NCBI GenBank assembly: GCA_902771695.1
Contig: CACXXP010000005.1
Coordinates: forward strand, 16,944 to 80,943
Direction of reading: 5' to 3'
Source: an uncultured Pseudomonadota bacterium
GTDB taxonomy: Bacteria; Pseudomonadota; Alphaproteobacteria; Rs-D84
DNA length: 64,000 nucleotides
This document shows, piece by piece, positions 46,671 through 55,890 of the stretch. A program made the translations under genes and the position numbers. The first letter of the stretch is position 1; each line of letters starts with the position of its first letter. The notes beneath the pieces were generated by a model that ran no database searches, had not been told where the DNA came from, and saw only the letters and a list, made by a program, of their open reading frames with translations.

Positions 46671-47684
46671 ATGATACAATTCATACAAATGAAACAAATG
46701 GAGTGTAACATGCCAGAACAAATGATAGTTGTTGATTATAAAAAGGTTAAACAATTGGAAAAGGACGCCTATGATTTTTCACCCGCAGAAGAAAGGGAAA
46801 AAGGAAGAATACCGGCCAGATTTACCCCCTTTTTGGAAAAGTCATTAGTTTATGGTGTACCAATTAAACCCGAAGATATGAATAAGGTAACAGAGGAATT
46901 TAATAATGGTCGGTTATCACAACAAGAATATGATTTGTTCAAATTTGTTTTTGACCAATGTAATGGTAAAACTCCGGAACAAGCAAAGTATATCATGCAA
47001 CAAATGTCTATTATGCTAGATCCGGTTGTATTGAAATTATACGTAGATGATTCACAGGTTTATTCCGCCGTATTACAAAGATATAATTTATTCAAAGAGG
47101 GAAAAATATCTGGCGCAGAGATGTCTTTTTACCAAATGGAACAGATCATAAAGGACAATGATGCATTGTACGAAGATTTTCTGGTTAGATACTTTGATTA
47201 TATTTGGTCAGATAGTCGCATTGACATTATCAAGGATTTTTATACGGCTCAATCGGCCGGTTATAGAGATCAAGTATTTGATGCACGTTATGTATTGAAA
47301 CAATTTAAGCTTTGGCGGCATCCAAAACCAGAAATTATAGACCATGTTGTACAAAGAACTACCAAAATCGTGGATAAGATTATTGAACAAGAAATAGCGA
47401 AACCAAAACCGGATATGGAACGTCTATCAGAGTTTAGTCTTCTTATGATATTTGTTGTTCGGTTTATTATGATGCAAAATAAACCATCACTAGATGAAAT
47501 TGAAAAGTTCGAAAATGCTTATAGCATGGAAACGATAAAGACCCGTATTGAGCAAAAATTGCAACAACGGCGTGAAACAATCCGACGTATTGCAGATATG
47601 CAAGAAAAAACGAACAGAATATTGCAAAATATGTCACGTGGTGTAAAAGCCCCAATTCCAATGAAACAAAGGGAAAATATGTAA
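46671..47684 (+). CDS. Orphan helical hypothetical protein (337 aa; likely start at a downstream Met)
   Basis: Long ORF, GGAG upstream of MPEQ; charged, predicted helical, no signal peptide. Confidence 0.75.
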   Translation: MIQFIQMKQMECNMPEQMIVVDYKKVKQLEKDAYDFSPAEEREKGRIPARFTPFLEKSLVYGVPIKPEDMNKVTEEFNNGRLSQQEYDLFKFVFDQCNGKTPEQAKYIMQQMSIMLDPVVLKLYVDDSQVYSAVLQRYNLFKEGKISGAEMSFYQMEQIIKDNDALYEDFLVRYFDYIWSDSRIDIIKDFYTAQSAGYRDQVFDARYVLKQFKLWRHPKPEIIDHVVQRTTKIVDKIIEQEIAKPKPDMERLSEFSLLMIFVVRFIMMQNKPSLDEIEKFENAYSMETIKTRIEQKLQQRRETIRRIADMQEKTNRILQNMSRGVKAPIPMKQRENM

Positions 47685-47712
47685 AAAACGGATGCATTTG
47701 CATCCGTTTTTT
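47683..47712. terminator. Hairpin B downstream of orphan gene
   Basis: AAAAAACGGATGC-attt-GCATCCGTTTTTT. Confidence 0.8.
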
Positions 47713-48463
47713 ATTTCTTACATGCCAACACGATGTTGTGGGTTAATGTTTGTTCTGTGGCGCCACGCGAATTTAGTATTATTGTGTTCTTGGCGCCCAT
47801 TAAAAAACACAATGGTTCCCAATTATCACACAGCACGGATAAAGATTTGAATATTGCGTTACCTGTATTGATATTATCAACAACAATTATATCTGCAATT
47901 TCCCCCCCCAGATGTTTTTCAGCCCTGATATTTTTATCCAATGCAACATCCAATTGTTCAATTCGCAATGTAGATTTCGGAAATTCATCTGTGTGTGCCA
48001 TATACCAAGAATTAAGCAACGGTGTTATTTTCGCATTTGTATCCCCACCCGCCGATATCAATGATATAAATGGGAAATGGTTATCACCAAATATTTGCTT
48101 AAATAATAATACCGCATTTTGCACTATATGTGTTAACTGATTTTCATCGGGGGCCGGAACGCATGCCGCATCGGTTAAAATAAACGGCGGGCGGCGGTTT
48201 GTTTTGTCAAAAAATACGGTGCAGTGTGTTAAATAAAACTTTTCACCATTGTTCAATTTTTTATTTATTGCGATAACATGGCGCAAGAAATCTTCAGAAT
48301 GAATATCGCATTTCATCAAAATCAAATCATCATTCGTGCGCGGTAATTCATCGCCATTGGGGGCATATTCCCAACCTGCAATATTTGTACATTCGTTCAT
48401 CGCATTTTCAATGGCCTTTTGATGTTTATCACACACCGTTCCAAAACATAGAATTTTTTTCAT
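47711..48463 (-). CDS. Phosphate acetyl/butyryltransferase family protein (short, divergent)
   Basis: ILTDAACVPAP, QLDVAL, ADIIVVDNINTGNAIFKSL, MGAKNTIILNSRG. Confidence 0.75.
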   Translation of the reverse strand: MKKILCFGTVCDKHQKAIENAMNECTNIAGWEYAPNGDELPRTNDDLILMKCDIHSEDFLRHVIAINKKLNNGEKFYLTHCTVFFDKTNRRPPFILTDAACVPAPDENQLTHIVQNAVLLFKQIFGDNHFPFISLISAGGDTNAKITPLLNSWYMAHTDEFPKSTLRIEQLDVALDKNIRAEKHLGGEIADIIVVDNINTGNAIFKSLSVLCDNWEPLCFLMGAKNTIILNSRGATEQTLTHNIVLACKK

Positions 48464-48569
48464 GACAATATTCCTTGGATTATATACGGGGAAATCTTAT
48501 CAAAATATAAATGTTTTTATCAAATACTTTTTATGATATAATTATTGCAAAGAATACGAGAGAAAAAAC

Positions 48570-49499
48570 ATGAAGATAGCAATTATTGGTGTTGGGTCTG
48601 TTGGTTCTGCTGTGGCAACGGCGGTTAAAAATACCGGTCTGGTTCATGAAATTGTGTTGTTTGACAGGGACGCAATGCGCGCACGTGCCGCCGCCGAAGA
48701 TTTGGGACATGCGGCAACATTTGGATTTGATGTAAAAATATCTGCAGTAAATAATTATCGCGGTATTCGTGGGTCAGACATAGTCATTATCGCCGCAGGG
48801 GCAAATCAACGACCAGGTGAAACAAGAACGGATTTATTGCAAAACAATGCCGAAGTTATTCGTGATATTATTCCGCGAGTGATGGCCAATGTTGATGCCA
48901 AGAAAGTAATTTTAATATTAGTGACCAATCCGTTGGATGTGATGGTTATGTTGGCCCAGTCACTTGCAAAATTACCACCATCGCGCGTGATTGGAACAGG
49001 AACTATGCTGGATTCTGCACGGTTGCGGACGATATTGGCACGACAATTAGATGTATCACCCCAATCGGTGCATTCGTACGTTCTTGGAGAACACGGCGAC
49101 AGCAGTGTCGTAGATTGGTCTTCGGTCACAATAGGCGGGTTGACATTAGATGATTTTTGCCGACAAACCAAGAATCCATTGACCGCGGCTGCACGCAATA
49201 CAATTGAATATCGTGTGCATAATGCGGCGTATGAAATAATTCGTGGGCGTGGGGCAACATGGGATGGTATTGGTGCCGCAGTCGCAGATTTATTGCGTTG
49301 CATTATAAATGATGAACATCGCATCTTGACGGTGTCAACGGTGTCGGGCACAAACGCACACGCATTTGCAATGTCTTTGCCACGCGTGGTCGGTATGGGT
49401 GGGGCCACCGTGACGTTAAATCCAAAAATGTCTGCGGCGGAATCAAATGCATTGCGACGCAGTGGGCGAATTATCCAAAAGAATTTTTCACGCATTTAG
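48570..49499 (+). CDS. ldh: L-lactate dehydrogenase
   Basis: IIGVGSVG, AGANQRPGETRTDL (Gln specificity site), TNPLD, LDSAR, LGEHGDS. Confidence 0.93.
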   Translation: MKIAIIGVGSVGSAVATAVKNTGLVHEIVLFDRDAMRARAAAEDLGHAATFGFDVKISAVNNYRGIRGSDIVIIAAGANQRPGETRTDLLQNNAEVIRDIIPRVMANVDAKKVILILVTNPLDVMVMLAQSLAKLPPSRVIGTGTMLDSARLRTILARQLDVSPQSVHSYVLGEHGDSSVVDWSSVTIGGLTLDDFCRQTKNPLTAAARNTIEYRVHNAAYEIIRGRGATWDGIGAAVADLLRCIINDEHRILTVSTVSGTNAHAFAMSLPRVVGMGGATVTLNPKMSAAESNALRRSGRIIQKNFSRI

Positions 49500-49504
49500 T
49501 TTTG

Positions 49505-49528
49505 GCGGGGAAAACATCCCCGCTTTTT
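49505..49528 (+). terminator. Terminator after ldh
   Basis: GCGGGGA-aaaca-TCCCCGC-TTTTT. Confidence 0.75.
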
Positions 49529-49595
49529 GGTAAACATTCATATTAACGTTGTCATGTGTGTATGGTATTTTTTGTGATACAGGGGGAATACAAAA

Positions 49596-49898
49596 ATGCC
49601 ATCAAATATCATATTTCAAGAATTACAAAATAATGGTGGTTTCTGTGCGAAATATAATGGGCGACAAATCGGAGAAATAAATATAATCACGGTTGGTATA
49701 GATCGGTTAATTATTGAAACCACTCGTATGGATGATGATTATCGCGATACAGATTTATGTTACAATTTGGTTAAATGTGTTGTGGAATTTGCTCGCAATA
49801 CAGGTCGCAAAATATTATGCCGTTGCCCCCGTGCTCAATCCGTATTTAATCGGTGCCCTGAATTTGATGATGTGCGAATGATACGCATCGCAGCGTAA
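49596..49898 (+). CDS. Small GNAT-like acetyltransferase (YjdJ family)
   Basis: LIIETTRMDDDYR...LV..VVEFAR..GRKI...CP; GGGGA RBS. Confidence 0.7.
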   Translation: MPSNIIFQELQNNGGFCAKYNGRQIGEINIITVGIDRLIIETTRMDDDYRDTDLCYNLVKCVVEFARNTGRKILCRCPRAQSVFNRCPEFDDVRMIRIAA

Positions 49899-49920
49899 AA
49901 ACCGCAAAAAACCATAATGC

Positions 49921-50508
49921 CTATAGGTTCATATTATCCAATACAAATTTCCAATCTATCATACTATCCAGAAAAGTATCTATAAAATCTGCACGGCGAT
50001 TTTGGAAATCCAGATAATACGCATGTTCCCATAAATCCAATGCCAGAACAGGTTTTTTCCCGTGCGCAATTGGTGTGTCGGCATTTCTTGTCGCGATGAT
50101 ATCAAACCCACTTTCGTTATCGTGCGTCAGCCAAACCCACCCAGAACCAAATACGGAATTTGCAATTAATCTGAATTTTTCTTTGAATTCGGCAACCCCA
50201 CCAAACGCATCAGAAATTATATCTGGGGTTGCATTGTTACCACGCCCCAAACAATTGAAAAAGAATTCGTGATTGAAAACCTGGGCGGCGTTGTTAAATA
50301 TTTTTTCCGCCGATTCATCATTAACAGAATTTATAATAATTTCGTGTAAATCCATATCTGCGTATTTTGTGCCGGCAATCAGTTTATTCAGGTTCGCTAT
50401 ATATGTCGCCAAATGTTTGCCATAATGAAAACGGATGGTTTCTGCAGACATATATGGTTCCATATCTGTTTCACGAAACGGCAACGGAAAATCATTTAAA
50501 TTAAACAT
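49921..50508 (-). CDS. sodB: Fe/Mn superoxide dismutase
   Basis: HYGKHLATY, FNNAAQVFNHEFFF, FGSGWVWL, DLWEHAYY. Confidence 0.95.
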   Translation of the reverse strand: MFNLNDFPLPFRETDMEPYMSAETIRFHYGKHLATYIANLNKLIAGTKYADMDLHEIIINSVNDESAEKIFNNAAQVFNHEFFFNCLGRGNNATPDIISDAFGGVAEFKEKFRLIANSVFGSGWVWLTHDNESGFDIIATRNADTPIAHGKKPVLALDLWEHAYYLDFQNRRADFIDTFLDSMIDWKFVLDNMNL

Positions 50509-50655
50509 TGGGGCCCCTTATTTGTATTACAGAAATATTTTACATAAAACTTGCCGCCATGCCACAGGAAAAATAGTTTATTTTTTTATAAAATTTGCTT
50601 GCACATTATGGCCTCTTGTTTCTATAATCAAATCACGAACAAAAAAGGAGAAAAA

Positions 50656-51291
50656 ATGAAGAAAATCTTTGGTGCAATTGCGGGGGCGATGTTTGTTGGA
50701 AACGCGTTGGCCGCAGATATTACAATCTATCATATGCCGACATGTCCGCATTGTCATCATGCACGTGAATTTGTTTCACAGAACTTGATTTATGAATATC
50801 CAGAATTAAAGGTGACAACAATTGACGTCACCCAGGATGCCAACAGACAAGAATTTATGGATACATTGAAAAAATGTAAATATGAATCTGGTGGGGTTCC
50901 GGTTATTGTTATTGGTGAAAAATGTTTCCAAGGTTTCGCAGATTCAATGGCGGATGATGTTCGTGCCGCAGTAGAGGCAGATATGGACGATGCCGCAAAA
51001 AAAGTTGCTGCGGATAACAAAAAAGCAATGGAATCTGATGCGGATGCATTTCGTAAAGCACACAGTGATCGCGCATCTGCGGTCACAGAACGCGAAATAA
51101 AGACCGAAGAAAATACCGAAGAACCCAAGGTCGAAGAAAAAGCCGAAGAACAACCGGAAACCGCAAACGAGGAAAAAAACGCTGAAAACACACCGGCAAA
51201 AAAATCAAATGACAGTTGGGTATTCTATTTGATTTTAATCGCATTGGTTGCAGGTTTGGGGTTTGTTTTAACGCGCAAAGGCAAAAAATAA
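50656..51291 (+). CDS. Exported glutaredoxin/thioredoxin-fold protein (CPHC) with acidic linker and C-terminal membrane anchor
   Basis: AAGGAG RBS, signal peptide, YHMPTCPHCHH, GVPVIVIG, C-terminal TM followed by RKGKK. Confidence 0.85.
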   Translation: MKKIFGAIAGAMFVGNALAADITIYHMPTCPHCHHAREFVSQNLIYEYPELKVTTIDVTQDANRQEFMDTLKKCKYESGGVPVIVIGEKCFQGFADSMADDVRAAVEADMDDAAKKVAADNKKAMESDADAFRKAHSDRASAVTEREIKTEENTEEPKVEEKAEEQPETANEEKNAENTPAKKSNDSWVFYLILIALVAGLGFVLTRKGKK

Positions 51292-51303
51292 CGGATTAAA
51301 ATC

Positions 51304-52065
51304 ATGTTTAATTTAACTTGGCTTGATTATTCTTATGTTGCGGTATTGTTGGCATCAACTGTTTGGGCAACAATACGTGGCGGTATTTACGAAACCGTCG
51401 CCACACTGTCATGGGTTGTGGCGGCGGTGACGGCACGTTTTGTTTCACCGATGTTGGATAAGTTATTCCAAGGTTGGTTCGGTGTCAATGAATCTACGGT
51501 TGGAACATTGGTTGCATCGTATTTTATCGTGTTCTTTGTAATATTGCTGATTGTGGGATTTTTCAATCAGAAATTACGGGACAGAATTCAGGCCAGCATG
51601 ATGAGTGTCACCGATCATACGTTGGGGGTGATATTCGGAATTGTCCGTGCAGTTGTTGTAATGGGGGCGGCATATTGGGCGGCACTGTGGTATTTTTCCG
51701 ACACGCCACGCATGCCACGTTGGATAGAAGATGCGCGTTCACGCCCAATTATGCAAATGACGGCGGTTAAACTGGACGAATGGTTTATTCCGGGGCCGAC
51801 CAGTAAGTTGCTGTTGCGTGATATTGATGGAACACGTGAATCAAAAAAGATATTTGATAATTTGATAAACCCACGTGTCGTTGATAAAGAAAATGCCGGC
51901 GACAAAAAAGATGTGAAACCATCGGCACCGGCGGGCAACGAAGAAACCGGGTATAAAAATTCTGAACGTAACGCACTGGAAAATCAATTGTTACAGATAG
52001 AAAGTGTTGCGAATGCGGTTGAAAAGCATGAACAGCGACGTGCCCAGCAACAAGAAACGAAATAA
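51304..52065 (+). CDS. cvpA: CvpA family membrane protein
   Basis: WLDY, RGGIYETVATLSWV, DHTLGVIFGIVRA. Confidence 0.85.
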   Translation: MFNLTWLDYSYVAVLLASTVWATIRGGIYETVATLSWVVAAVTARFVSPMLDKLFQGWFGVNESTVGTLVASYFIVFFVILLIVGFFNQKLRDRIQASMMSVTDHTLGVIFGIVRAVVVMGAAYWAALWYFSDTPRMPRWIEDARSRPIMQMTAVKLDEWFIPGPTSKLLLRDIDGTRESKKIFDNLINPRVVDKENAGDKKDVKPSAPAGNEETGYKNSERNALENQLLQIESVANAVEKHEQRRAQQQETK

Positions 52066-52097
52066 AGAAACGGAACCCAAAAGGTTCCGTTTCTTTT
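52065..52097. terminator. Bidirectional terminator between cvpA and tRNA-Thr
   Basis: AAGAAACGGAACC-caaaa-GGTTCCGTTTCTT. Confidence 0.75.
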
Positions 52098-52102
52098 AAT
52101 CC

Positions 52103-52178
52103 TGGTGCCAGTTGTCGGACTTGAACCAACGACCCTCTGATTACAAATCAGATGCTCTACCAGCTGAGCTAAACTGGC
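52103..52178 (-). tRNA. trnT: tRNA-Thr (TGT)
   Basis: Minus strand GCCAGTT...AACTGGC-A-CCA, anticodon stem-loop TCTGA-TT-TGT-AA-TCAGA, GGTTCAAGT. Confidence 0.97.
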
Positions 52179-52189
52179 GACACCGTGTA

Positions 52190-52217
52190 ATTATACATAT
52201 TGCGATATTAAAATCAA
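52190..52217 (-). promoter_or_regulatory. Promoter for tRNA-Thr
   Basis: TTGATT-16 bp-TATAAT on the minus strand. Confidence 0.55.
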
Positions 52218-52270
52218 GTCCTTTTATTCATTTCTTTTTTATGGTATAATTTTCCTGAGGTTTGTGAGAA

Positions 52271-53245
52271 ATGTACAGGTTTTTTGCGTTTTTTCTGGCA
52301 TTGACTATGCCTGTGATGGCGGTCGCCGATGATGCGGGTGATGCGGCATTGGCGGAATTATATGAAACGTACGAAACCGTTCGGCAATTTTGCGATGGAA
52401 TTTCAGACCGTATTTCATCAGTATCCGGTGTATCAAAGGTTAATACTGCGGTTACGGCGACCGGCACGGTCACCGCGGGTGGTGCATTGGTGGCCGGTAT
52501 TATGAAGTCCCAAACGGACAAGAAAATAGAAGAATTACAAAAGAAAATATGCGAACGTGGCGGATGCGACCCGGACAAAGTTGCCGCCATGTCTGATGAA
52601 GAATTTTTGCATTCTGTGGCACAACCATTTATTCGCCAAATGGAATTGGACCGTGAATTGCAACGTCTGCAGGCGGAAAAAGACGCCGCCACCGCAAAAT
52701 CCAAGAAATTGGGTAATTGGCGGACGGGGTTGTTGGTTGGCACAACGGCAACAAATGTTGCATCGGCAATTATTGCGGGGTTGAACCGAAATCAATCTGA
52801 TTTGATTCAGCAAATAACCGCATGCAACACGGCGGTTGATAAATTGCGTGTTGCACGTACGGCGGCCATTAACAGTGGGGTTGACCCGATTGAAAATCCG
52901 ATGATAAACGAATTTAATACCACGATTGAATCGTGTGGTGCGTTAAATGTTGCGGATGTTGAAAAGATTGAAAAACGTATGACTGTTGTTATGGGGACCA
53001 GTATCGGCGGTGCGGTAATCGGTGCGGTTGGTGCGGGAACCAGTATCGCCGCCAATAAAGATTCTGTGCGAAACGATGATACAGACGCCGGAAAACAGAA
53101 AGAAAAAAATCTGAATACCGCGGCAAATGTATCGGCGGGGTTGGCAACGGCAACGGGTGCGGTTGGAACCGGGTTTAATATATCACTGATTACATTAACC
53201 AAGAAAATGCTGAAATCGGCCGAACAATGCGAAGGCACATTATGA
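52271..53245 (+). CDS. Secreted helical protein with four Gly/Ala/Thr-rich hydrophobic segments and paired Cys
   Basis: Signal peptide MYRFFAFFLALTMPVMA; TGGTATAAT extended -10; ATGA overlap with the next gene. Confidence 0.8.
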   Translation: MYRFFAFFLALTMPVMAVADDAGDAALAELYETYETVRQFCDGISDRISSVSGVSKVNTAVTATGTVTAGGALVAGIMKSQTDKKIEELQKKICERGGCDPDKVAAMSDEEFLHSVAQPFIRQMELDRELQRLQAEKDAATAKSKKLGNWRTGLLVGTTATNVASAIIAGLNRNQSDLIQQITACNTAVDKLRVARTAAINSGVDPIENPMINEFNTTIESCGALNVADVEKIEKRMTVVMGTSIGGAVIGAVGAGTSIAANKDSVRNDDTDAGKQKEKNLNTAANVSAGLATATGAVGTGFNISLITLTKKMLKSAEQCEGTL

Positions 53246-54813
53246 TACGAAAAACAGCACTGTTTTTTATCGGAATTGCATTGGCATTAAACGCATATGG
53301 ACAACAATATGGTACCCAGGGTATCAACGGTAGTACAGATAGGCGAATAGTTATTGGTTGGGATGGTTCACGGCCAGATTATGTTTCACCATCAACACAG
53401 AGTATTTGGAATACATCACCGTATAATAGTATAGTTCATGTGTTACCAGTATATGGATCAGGCGAATTTATATCGCCAAAACATATTGTAACCAATGCTC
53501 ATGTTGGCCAAGAATGTGGAATGGATGGTTATAAAAATTGTGAAATTCATACATCCGATGGATTGGTTTTAAAAGCACGTGAAGTTTTTTATGGCGTAAA
53601 ACTACGGGGATCTGATGGCAAGATGGATGCTAATAAATGGGATAATAATAGGGATAATGATTGGGTGATATTGGAAATTGTTGATAATTATTGCCGGCCC
53701 GAATATAGACAATTTGGTGATTATACACCAACAATGGAAGGATTATGGCGTGCGGGTTTTGGGTCTTTGCGTGTGCTTAGTTCAACGGATATAAGTGCCA
53801 TAAGGAATGCTTATATAGCGCACATAAAAGCAGGTGGTTCAACAGGATATATTTCAGGTGGAATGAATGTTAATGATCATGATCCAGATTACTATACCAA
53901 ATATAAGGTGTTTTTTGAGGAATTTAGACGAATTACTGGTAAAGATTTTAACAAGGATTATAACCAGGATCATAACACATTAAAACTTATTAAAAATTGT
54001 AAGTTTGTTGGTTTTGAAACCGACAAAAGAGTTTCACATACTTGTGATTCTTGGGGTGGGGATTCTGGTAGTAGTATAAAAACTATGTCGAATAATCGCA
54101 TTGTTGGGTTAGAATATGCAGGTTGGGGTAACATAACATCAAGTAATTATGATACTGGTACCGATAGTGGTGTATTGCCATACTTTAGTTCTAACCCAGA
54201 TATTCAATCTGCGTTAAAACGGGCGGAACAAGAATGTAAGAATTGGAAACCAGATGACCCACAACCAATTAAACCCGAACCCAAACCAGATAAAAAGAAT
54301 TGTGATTTAACATGTGAAAATACGACAATTTACGTTGGTGGGCAATCGGGTTGCTATCATTTCGTTGAAAATGAAAATAAGTGTCTTGCGACAACCGGAA
54401 AACATTTGCGTTCCGATGGTATGGCAAGTGATGGTACATTCACATATACATGTGTCGGATATAATGAGACGTTTGATTGTGGTGGACGGTTTAAACCAAG
54501 GCCCGAACCGATTAAACCGGAACCAAAGCCCGAACCGATTCCCGAAGAACGTGAAATTGGTAAACCATGTTGGGCATCCGATTTAAAACCACATGTGATT
54601 GCCGGACACTATATTGGAAACGGTGTTAATAATTTGATGTGCAAAGGACCAAAAAAATGCACGTGTGCGGCGACCGCATGCGAAGATGGTTGGTATTTGG
54701 CGGCAAATGCCAAGGGATGGTCTATGGGTTGGTGCCGTTCGGGAATTTGCCCGCGTGGCAAACATCCAAACATCGTTGGCGGCAATAAAATGACCGGGTG
54801 TGTTGATGATTAG
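53242..54813 (+). CDS. Secreted trypsin-like serine protease with Pro-rich linkers and Cys-rich C-terminal modules
   Basis: Triad: VTNAHV, NDWVILE, CDSWGGDSGS; signal peptide; KPEPKP linkers. Confidence 0.85.
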   Translation: MIRKTALFFIGIALALNAYGQQYGTQGINGSTDRRIVIGWDGSRPDYVSPSTQSIWNTSPYNSIVHVLPVYGSGEFISPKHIVTNAHVGQECGMDGYKNCEIHTSDGLVLKAREVFYGVKLRGSDGKMDANKWDNNRDNDWVILEIVDNYCRPEYRQFGDYTPTMEGLWRAGFGSLRVLSSTDISAIRNAYIAHIKAGGSTGYISGGMNVNDHDPDYYTKYKVFFEEFRRITGKDFNKDYNQDHNTLKLIKNCKFVGFETDKRVSHTCDSWGGDSGSSIKTMSNNRIVGLEYAGWGNITSSNYDTGTDSGVLPYFSSNPDIQSALKRAEQECKNWKPDDPQPIKPEPKPDKKNCDLTCENTTIYVGGQSGCYHFVENENKCLATTGKHLRSDGMASDGTFTYTCVGYNETFDCGGRFKPRPEPIKPEPKPEPIPEEREIGKPCWASDLKPHVIAGHYIGNGVNNLMCKGPKKCTCAATACEDGWYLAANAKGWSMGWCRSGICPRGKHPNIVGGNKMTGCVDD

Positions 54814-54845
54814 CATGCTGTTTTTTATACAGGGGTAATGTTGTT

Positions 54846-55838
54846 ATGATAAAAACATTTGCATTACTTTTTATCGGAACATTTGTAATTGGTAATGCGT
54901 ATGCCGGAATCAACGGCAGTACCGATCCGCGAACCATTATTGGTTGGGATGGTGAACGTCCTGATTATATTGATGCGGCGACGCCGAATCTGTGGAATAC
55001 ATCGCCATATAACAGTATTGTCCGAATTGAAAGCAATGGAACGGGAACCGGCGAATTTATATCACCACGTCACGTTCTAACCAACGCACATGTTGCCGAA
55101 GATTGTGGCGTAAATGGTAATCCTGAATGCGACATTTATACTTCTGATGATGATTTACAGTTTGGACGTGTTGTGTTTCGTGGAATGAAGGTCTTAAAAT
55201 CAGACGGCACATTTGACGAAGACAAAGTGTACGAGCACCCAGATCGTGATTGGGCAATATTGGAAATCACAGGCGATTACTGTCGTCCAGAATACCGCGA
55301 AATGATAGAGGCCGGCACCATAGAACGCGGACTGTGGCGTGCCGGATTTGGTTCACTGCGTGTATTGGATAAAACTGATTTGGATAATATACGCCGTGCG
55401 TATTTGGTGTATCTGGATGCGGATGGACCAGACGCGGTTGAAACCGGTGGAATGAATATTGATTCCCGTAAAGAAAAATATCAAATCTTTCGTGACGCAT
55501 TTGAACAAATTACCGGTAAAGATTTTGATACAGATTACGATTCCGATACGATGACATTAAAAAAAGTGCAAGATTGTCGGTTTCGCGATGTCGTTGAAGG
55601 ATTCCCGGGCGATAGTGTATTGTGGCATTCGTGCAGTGGTTGGACCGGCGATTCCGGCAGTACGCTAAAAATGATGTCTGGAAACATGGTTGTTGGTGTA
55701 CACAATAACAGTTATTTGAATATAACATCATACACCGACCACACTCGGTCAGATATGGCATTGGGTTCATCCACATTTATGTATAATCCGAAAATACAAT
55801 CTGCGATAGAAAAAGCCAAACAAGATTGCAAAAAATAA
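54846..55838 (+). CDS. Secreted trypsin-like serine protease, paralog of upstream gene (catalytic domain only)
   Basis: LTNAHVA, RDWAILE, CSGWTGDSGS; shared GINGSTD and NTSPYNSIV. Confidence 0.88.
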   Translation: MIKTFALLFIGTFVIGNAYAGINGSTDPRTIIGWDGERPDYIDAATPNLWNTSPYNSIVRIESNGTGTGEFISPRHVLTNAHVAEDCGVNGNPECDIYTSDDDLQFGRVVFRGMKVLKSDGTFDEDKVYEHPDRDWAILEITGDYCRPEYREMIEAGTIERGLWRAGFGSLRVLDKTDLDNIRRAYLVYLDADGPDAVETGGMNIDSRKEKYQIFRDAFEQITGKDFDTDYDSDTMTLKKVQDCRFRDVVEGFPGDSVLWHSCSGWTGDSGSTLKMMSGNMVVGVHNNSYLNITSYTDHTRSDMALGSSTFMYNPKIQSAIEKAKQDCKK

Positions 55839-55890
55839 TGATTACGTTAATGATTGACGTGCAATTTTTCTATGCTAGAATCATGTCGCT

